Positions 25,901 through 34,900 of a DNA stretch of 64,000 nt are shown piece after piece. Where the stretch lies: contig OZ024740.1 of assembly GCA_964016885.1 (NCBI GenBank), forward strand, positions 326,368,001 to 326,432,000. Direction: 5' to 3'. The first letter of the stretch is position 1. Every line of letters begins with the position of its first letter. Both the position numbers and the translations under genes were made by a program. This stretch comes from Eledone cirrhosa. Its lineage: Eukaryota. The notes under the pieces were generated by a model that worked only from the letters and a program-made list of their open reading frames with translations, was not told where the DNA came from and made no database searches.

Positions 25901-28900
25901 AGCTTAGGGCCTCAGCAGGTGAAAGTCTGACCCAGTCTGCCAATTTGCTGCTGTATGTCAAAGATAATGACTATTAATTCTTTTATAAAGATGATAACAT
26001 ACGCTTGAATTTATTTTTAACATTCTTTGTTCTTTTGATTCTAGGAACATTCCTGATTTCACAGAGTAAGTACATTGATCCAATGGTGTTATTGCTGTTG
26101 TTGTTATTGCTGTTGTAGTTGTTGTTATTGCTGTTGTAGTTGTTGTTGCTGCTGCTGTTGTTGTTACTGCTGTTGTAGTTGTTGTTGTTGTTGTTGCCAA
26201 AGAGTAAGTACATTGATCCATTGCTGTTGTTGCTGTTGTTATTGTTGTTGTATTTGCTGTTTCTGTTGTTGTTATTGCTGCTGTTGTTGTTATTGCTGCT
26301 GTTGTTGTTATTGCTGTTGTTGTTGTTGTTATTGCTGTTGTTGTTATGTGGGGCTGCCATGAGATAGAGGGGCTGTGTAGAGTTGCTGTGGGAGGGGGAT
26401 TGCCAGAAATTGGAGGACGCCTAACCGGAGGCAGGAGGACGGGCGCGACTCGAGGGATCAGGCTGTGAACAGCCCTCTTTTAGCTGTTGGCTCTGCAAGG
26501 AGATGGGTGTGTGAAGACAGACGCTAGTGGAAGTACCCCACATGGACGGTGGAACCAGTGATAGAGAGATGTAAGGTAAGTCCGAATGCCTCCGGCTACA
26601 AGCTATTTCGGCGTTTAATGAATTTTCCCATCTTTCAGCATTCTTACTCCCAGCAGCCTTTTAGTTTACCTTTTTTTTAATTTTATTTTTTTTGTTGATG
26701 TTCTTTTTCGTGGAGTATCGTTGTTGACTTTTTCCGATCCCGCAGGGGAGATGGCAGCGAAACTGAGATTGAATAACAAGGCAATCAAGGCTTTTAACGA
26801 CAAAGGAGATGTTGGGTTAGGGTTGAGAAAGGTTACATTGGTTGCCTCACTGCAAGGCATTGACAACGTTGCTGGTTTGATCGCTCTATATCTCAACAGA
26901 GATGCACTAGCATTGAACCTCGAGATGGACAAAAGAGAACAACTGAATGCGGAGAAGATAAGGCAGCGACTTAAGGAAGTGTTCACCAAGGGGCCGTATG
27001 CTGCTTTTGCCAAGCTAGGCAGAGCGAGATGGAAGGGAGAGCATATGGATGTGTTCACGATGGAGTTACAGTGGCTGGCTACGTTGGCCGGATTCACGGT
27101 AGAACGTGAATGTGCCATGCAGTTGGCCTTTATGAACAGGTGCCCTGATGAAATCTACGTGAAGCTCCAACAGCTGCCCGGCAACAGAGAGATGAGCATG
27201 AGCAAGCTCATCACACAGGCCCGTGTAATAACACAGGACACGAGTTGGAGTGTTGCAGTGCTGGCAGCGACAGAAGCCCATGGCAGTCAACAGCGACCAA
27301 TGTATGACGAAAGGAGACCAGCCGCTGTGAATAATCGTTTGCATGCGTTCGGAGGCCGGTGCTTCAGGTCCCAGGGCCCACATATGGCAAGGGACTGCAG
27401 AGAGCTGAAGCCAGCCATAGTCTGTTATCGCTGCAAGCGACCAGGCCACATCGCTAATAATTGCGGCCAGGGAAATGGTCTAAGGGAGACTGCTACGCCG
27501 GTAGCCACTCCTGGTAGCGAATAGAGGCGCCTTTGCAGTCACTGCCCGTAGTGGAAGCCATCGCGAGCACTCGTGGACACGGTTTGCACGACAACACTAG
27601 TGACTACGGGGGTGGTTAAAAAGTGGAGTGGGATGAGCAGTATAAGGGCAGTCGACAGCAGGGAGATTAGATGCAGAGGTAGCAGCAAGGTGTCGATGGT
27701 GGTACGGGGAAGAAAAATTAGGCTTCGGGCGATCGTGATTGACCAGGTGGTGGACGGAATAGATGGAGTAATGGGTATGGATGAGATTGGCTGCCTTGGA
27801 GGTGTTACAGTGAGTGAAGTCGGGGTGACGTTTGGTAGCGAGAGGACATCATGTACTGTGAGCGTGCTGGGAGAATCCACGAAGAACAGGGAGATCCATG
27901 AAGAAAATACCATACAAGACAAGGATTTCAGGGCGGTGTTCGATAAGCAGTGGTGGGTAGTTGAGTGGTACTGGAAGGGAGATACACCAATGCTGAAGAA
28001 TAGAGTAGGCTGCTATCAGCATACCTTGAAAGGAAATGCCAGAAACGAGTTTGAGGGAGAGGTACAGAGATGGATCGAGGAGGGTATACTGATTCCTTGG
28101 AAGGAGGAGGTGAAGTTTGGAGTGTTGCCGCTAATGGCAGTGGTGCAGCCCATGAAGAACAAGGTTAGGCCAGTGTTGGACTTTTGTGAGCTGAAAGAAC
28201 ACGTGTCATGCCACACAGGTGGTGAGGTCACGGATGTTTGCGGGGAAATCTTGCGAGAGTGGAGACAAATGATGAGGGCCTCCACGATTGTCAACTTAAA
28301 GTCGGCATATCTGCATTTACACATGGATGAGAAGCTGTGGAAATATCAGCTGCTCAGGTATAAGGGGCAGACATACTGCCTGACCAGGCTTGGCTTCGGG
28401 TTGAACTCTGCACCAAAAATCATGGTGATGGTCCTCAAGGCCATTCTGGAGAAAGCAGACAAGGTGAAGAGGGCCACCAACTCCTACATCAACGACATCT
28501 TGGTGGACGAGATGGTGGTGTCAGCAGCAGAGGTCTCAGGCCACTTGGGAAGGTTCGGGCTGACCGCGAAACCGCCAGAGACGATGGAAGTAGGAGCCGC
28601 GCTAGGACTCAAGCTGCAAAGAGATAAGACGGGCACACTAGTGTTTCGGTGGAGCAACAAAGTCCCGGAACTGGGCCCCGATATAAATAGACGGGAACTC
28701 TTCTCAATGTGTGGTAAATTGGTAGGCCACTATCCGATCGCAGGGTGGCTCTGGACGGCATGCAGCTATGTCAAGAGACGAGCAGACGTAGTGAGCTGGA
28801 GTGACAGGGTTGGAGAGAGGACAGTGGCCATGATCCAGGAAATCATGGAGAGGGTAAAGGCGGATGACCCAGTGAGCGGATGCTGGTACGTCTCCAAATC

Positions 28901-31900
28901 AGAGAGCAGGACCATATGGTATGATGCCAGCAGCATAGCACTAGGGATCACTCTGGAGATAGGGGCGTCGAGGTCGAAGACGCAGCTTGGCTCAGGAAGA
29001 AGGAGGATGCAACCATATCAACGTGACTGAACTGGATGCTGTGCTGAGAGGAGTGAATCTCGCCCTGAGATGGGGGCTGTGCACTATAGAAATTTGCACT
29101 GACTCGGCCACTGTACTCAGATGGGTGAGATCAGTGCTTACCAATGAGAGGAGGGTGCGAACGAGAGGAGCAGCAGAAATGTTGATAAAGCGCTGCCTGG
29201 GAATTCTGGGAGAGCTGTCCACTGAGTTCGGCTGGGGTTGAGTGTAGTCTTTGTATCCTCAGAGAAAATAAAGGGCAGACATATTAATCAGGGTAAAGAA
29301 AGCCTGGCTGGAAATGCCAAAGGATGCAGAGAAGGGGATAGCGGCAGTGCGTCGACTGAGGGATTCGGAGTTGAGGGGACTGCAGCCATGCACCACATGG
29401 GAGTGGATAGGACCATTTTCCTAGCCAGAAGAATCAACTTGATGTTAGCAGACAGAGTGTCCAGAGAGTGGCCGGAGGTTGCGACAGATGCCAGTCTATC
29501 GACCCTGCCCCGGGTGTGCACAAGACAGGAAGCATCCCGGTGGAGCACAACTGGAAGCGATTAGCAGTGGACATGACACACAACCGAAAAGGAACGTATC
29601 TTTCGATGGTCGATTGTGGGCCGAGACAGATGGCGATATGGAGGGAAATGAAGAAAGGGACTGCGGAGGAAATCGTGCGGGCGTGAACAGCCTTCTTTTA
29701 GCTGTTGGCTCTGCAAGGAGATGGGTGTGTGAAGACAGACGCCAGTGGAAGTACCCCACATGGACAGTGGAACCAATGATAGAGAGATGTAAGGTAAGTC
29801 CGAATGCCTCCGGCTACAGTTATTGTTGTTGTTGTTGTTGTCATCGTTGTCACTGCTATTACCATTGCTGGTGTTGTTGTTGTTGTTGTTGTCATCGTTG
29901 TCACTGCTACTATTACCATTGCTGGTGTTGTTGTTGTTGTTCTTGTCATCGTTGTCACTGCTACTATTACCATTGCTGGTGTTGTTGTTGTTGTTGTTAC
30001 CGCTACTATTACCATTGGTGGTGTTGTTATTGTTGTTACCGCTACTATTACCATTGGTGGTGTTGTTGTTGTTGTTACCGCTACTATTACCATTGGTGGT
30101 GTTGTTGTTGTTGTTACCGCTACTATTACCATTGGTGGTGTTGTTGTTGTTGTTCTTGTCATCGTTGTCACTGCTACTATTACCATTGCTGGTGTTGTTG
30201 TTGTTGTTCTTGTCATCGTTGTCACTGCTACTATTACCATTGCTGGTGTTGTTGTTGTTGTTGTTACCGCTACTATTACCATTGGTGGTGTTGTTGTTGT
30301 TGTTACCGCTACTATTACCATTGGTGGTGTTGTTGTTGTTGTTGTTACTGCTACTATTACCATTGCTGGTGTTGTTGTTGTTGTTACTGCTACTATTACC
30401 ATTGGTGGTGTTGTTGTTGTTGTTGTTACTGCTACTATTACCATTGGTGGTGTTGTTGTTGTTGTTGTTACTGCTACTATTACCATTGGTGGTGTTGTTG
30501 TTGTTGTTACTGCTACTATTACCATTGGTGGTGGTGTTGTTGTTGTTCTTGTCATCATTGTCACTGCTACTATTACCATTGCTGGTGTTGTTGTTGTTGT
30601 TGTTGTCATCATTGTCACTGCTACTATTACCATTGCTGGTGTTGTTGTTGTTGTTGTTGTCACTGCTACTATTACCATTGCTGGTGTTGTTGTTGTTGTT
30701 GTTGCTACTATTACCATTGCTGGTGTTGTAGTTGTTGTTGTAGTTGTTGTCACTGCTACTATTACCATTGCTGGTGTTGGTGTTGTTGTTGTTGTCATCG
30801 TTGTCACTGCTACTATTACCACTGCTACTATTACCATTGCTGGTGTTGTAGTTGTTGTTGTTGTCACTGCTACTATTACCATTGCTGGTGTTGTTGTTGT
30901 TGTTGTTGCTACTATTACCATTGCTGGTGTTGTAGTTGTTGTTGTAGTTGTTGTCACTGCTACTATTACCATTGCTGGTGTTGGTGTTGTTGTTGTTGTC
31001 ATCGTTGTCACTGCTACTATTACCATTGCTGGTGTTGTTGTTGTTGTTGTTGTCACTGCTACTATTACCATTGCTGGTGTTGTAGTTGTTGTTGTAGTTG
31101 TTGTCACTGCTACTATTACCATTGCTGGTGTTGTAGTTGTTGTTGTTGTCATCGTTGTCACTGCTACTATTACCATTGCTGGTGTTGTAGTTGTTGTTGT
31201 TGTCACTGCTACTATTACCATTGCTGGTGTTGTAGTTGTTGTTGTAGTTGTTGTCACTGCTACTATTACCATTGCTGGTGTTGTAGTTGTTGTTGTTGTC
31301 ATCGTTGTCACTGCTACTATTACCATTGCTGGTGTTGTAGTTGTTGTTGTTGTCATCGTTGTCACTGCTACTATTACCATTGCTGGTGTTGTAGTTGTTG
31401 TTGTTGTCATCGTTGTCACTGCTACTATTACCATTGCTGGTGTTGTAGTTGTTGTTGTAGTTGTTGTCACTGCTACTATTACCATTGCTGGTGTTGTAGT
31501 TGTTGTCACTGCTACTATTACCATTGCTGGTGTTTTGTTCCCATCATCGATTTTGCTGAATTTTATTGTTGTTTAGCCTCAGTCTAATAAACCTATGATC
31601 AAAGATCTTCCAGCTGCGACTCTTCCATCTTTAATTCAGCCATATTCTATACAGGACCTTATTATCAAATGAAGACATTGTTGTCATTAGGAACATGGTG
31701 GTTCTTTACTACTTCATTAGCATTGGTGACAAATAATGAAAAAAATCCAAATGACTTTTGAACATCACAGTAGGAGGTGGGAGGAGAGGATAGGAGGGGG
31801 TACATATTTTTGTTGTTGTTGTTGTTTAGCACCAGGTCAACCTTCATAAACCAACTTATGATCAAAATGCATTCTAGCAATGTCCATCACTACCTTTTAG

Positions 31901-34900
31901 GAGGTATGTACATTATTTTATGATGGTAGGGTGTTATTTGCAGCTGTTTCTAGCAAGTTAACACTCTAGTTACCAAACCAGTCAAAGCTGGCTCTGGTTC
32001 TATGAAATAAATCCACCCATTTTAAAGGTCTCCAACTTAAATTAAAATCTTCCAACCTAATTTTACATTAAGTTACTCTCTTGATAATGAAAATCATCAT
32101 CATTATCATCAATGTTTTACGTCCGTTCTTCCACACTAGCATGGGTTAGACGGGTTGTCCTGGTGTGGGCAGTGTCCAGTCGGCTGACCTTGTCTTGCTC
32201 ATACAGGAACTGATTCTGGCTTGATTTCTACAGATGGATGCCCTTCCTAACACCAACCTCATTTACAGTGAGTGCTGGGTGCTTTTTTTCCGTGGCACCT
32301 ACACGTCAACTTTACAGTGTGGGCTGGGTGCTTTTTACCGTGGCACCTCCACAAACCACTTTGCAGTGGAATGACAGGGACCCCAGTCCTATCATCTCAT
32401 TTCTACAGCTGAGTAAACTGGAGCAATGTGAAATAAAGTGTCTTGCTCAAGGAAACAACACATCACCTGGTCTGAGTATTGAACTCACAACCTTTCAATT
32501 GCAAGCCCAATGCTCTAACCACTAAGCCGTGTGCCTTCATGAAAAACTTAATAATATTAGTAAATCCCTCAAAATTCTTTATGAATTAATTAAAATAAAA
32601 TGTATTTCATTAGAAATGCAGTCACAAAAGGGTTAAATGTAGTGACTCCTTTGTTGACTGCTAATGGATACAGGTTATATCTGTGAATGTATATGTGGAA
32701 GGTATTGTGCAACAGCAAACACTGGGCTGGATATAGAGAATGATTTTCGGAGTAAGGGTGCTAATAATTATTATGGTGGTGATGATGATGCAAGTGAAAA
32801 CATTGGTGATGATGCTTCAGCCTCATTTTCCACCATGTTTTTCACATCAACTAATTATTTATTTTATGACCACCAACATTAAAACTCACATCACTACCAC
32901 CATTTGCTCCTTGTGCCACTTTTAAACCACCACAAAACCCACTTGTGTGTCACCATTGCTCTCATAGCCACACTGGAGCCAATAACAGTTGGCCACCACT
33001 GTACTCAGAATGCACAGTGAGGTCTTCAGAATGTGCAGTGGGGTCTCAGAATGTGCAGTGGAGCCTTAAGAATATACAGTGGTATCTTCAGAATATGCAG
33101 TGAGGTCTTAAGAATATGCAGTGTTGTCCTAGGAAAACTGTGATGCCATCTGGCTTTTTGCTGTGGTCTAACACTACTGGTTCAAGTTGCAATGAGAAGC
33201 CAGCAGTATCTAAGCCATGCATCTTGTTAAAGTAAAGACTGAAAGTGTCTACCATGGATCTACAATGACATTTGAGGTGCTTGCAAATCCAAAGCTCAGG
33301 GAAATGATGATATGGTGAGAGTTTCTGTTTAGTTGAGTAGCAGTTGACCACAAGTGTATGGAATTCAGCCAGGTGCCACTATAGGGTTGGGGGGTAAAGT
33401 GCAAACATGTCTGACAGTGCTGGTCAAGCAGGTGTGCAAAGCTGTCCAAAGACTTGTCACACTAGATTTTGTCTCATTCACACTTGAGACAGAAAAGAAG
33501 CCATGTTAGCTTCCTAAGTCATGTAGGTTGCCTCATGTGCCCTAATCACAGTAGGCTCTTGTGTGTTGTTGAGAATCTTGTCGATAAGGGCATACATTCG
33601 CGACAAAAGAAATGCCAATATGCCAATGAAATTAAGGACCAAAAACCTATAGCTAACAGTTTAGGTGGCTTGTTGTTATCCAGTGTCATCAGACTGGATG
33701 TTGCATTTCTCCTTATTTTAGCATTCTTTGTTATACAAAGTTATACAAAAGAAGGTATACAAAGAAGATATACAATGGAAGGTATGTAAAGGTATACAAA
33801 TAATGAAGTGAGGAAGAGAGCGGAATGTATGTTAATTTGACATAGTCTGCTCAGGAGAATTTCGAGCTAGTGTAACTTGAAATTGAGGGTTGATTTGATG
33901 GCATGTCGGAGGATTGGTGCAGGGTCACTTGAATCTGGTATAGTATTGATCACACATTCATGACTGAGGCCTTAACATCTTTTATGTCATAGTTAATGTT
34001 CACAACCTCCAACTTATATGAGTTGATCTTCACCAAGGCAGAGACTACTGAATGGGGATCATGGTAGATAGTATCAGTAGACCCATCTAAAGTTGCATCA
34101 TCTAGGTAACACATTATCTGCCTGATATTTACATGCAATTATGATGTTTCACAAAAGATTTTACTTTTGCACCTTTTTATCACAGAAAGAAAGCCTGGCT
34201 AAAAGGAAGAGATGACAAATTGTACAAAAGAGTTGTAGATGATGAATATAAGAAGAAGAAACCCTTGTTGGATGAAAGTGTCAGTAGATTTTCCTTTCAC
34301 TTTTTAAAAATAAATGTTTTTAAAAGGTTACCTCAGATTCCAGTTAAAAAATGTTGATCTCTAACTTCAACACAAAACAATTAATTTTTGTTTTTGGTGG
34401 GGAAGATTGATTAAATCACACCCACCTCCCCAGTACTTGACTGGTACTTTTTCTATCAACCCTGGAAGAGAGAATGAAAAGTAAAGCCAACCCTGAGAGA
34501 AATAAAACTTCATCTTTTAAAGGAACATAACTGAATACTACAAGCCAGTATCTGGTCAGTAATTTCACTATGTGAATCCACTGCCATGAATCTCAGTCAA
34601 TATATAGATTAAAGGGAAGCATATGACACTTTAAAAACTAATTTATTCTTTAAGCTTTCCTGTCTCTGTTTCTAATGAAAAACACTGTTCATATGATTCA
34701 CAAATGATAGCAGGCATGAGGCTGAAACAAGTGCAAAAATTGCAGAAGCTTGTGCAATAATGCACTAGCTTCAGCATTCGGTTGTCAGAAAAAGAGAGGT
34801 AGTTGTAAAAGCCAAACTTACCATTTTCAATTTGGTGTTCGCGCCAACTCTTACCCATAGTCAGGAATTTTGGGTAATGACCAAAAGAATATGATTGCAA

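Larger units (their letters stand above)
26347..29818 (+). mobile_element. LTR retrotransposon (Ty3/Gypsy domain order PR-RT-RH-IN), internally deleted
   Basis: 5' LTR 26347-26600 (TG...CA); last 136 bp of the 3' LTR at 29683-29818 (4 mismatches); GTTA on both flanks; gag and pol remnants between. Confidence 0.92.

Noticed and set aside
25958-26367. Poly-N, poly-T, poly-L and poly-C ORFs
   Set aside because: Translations of a (GTT/GCT)n microsatellite.
29479-31587. 700-aa Cys-rich metallothionein-like or mucin-like ORFs
   Set aside because: Several frames on both strands are open because the repeat is triplet-based; it lies in an intron with no splice or start context.
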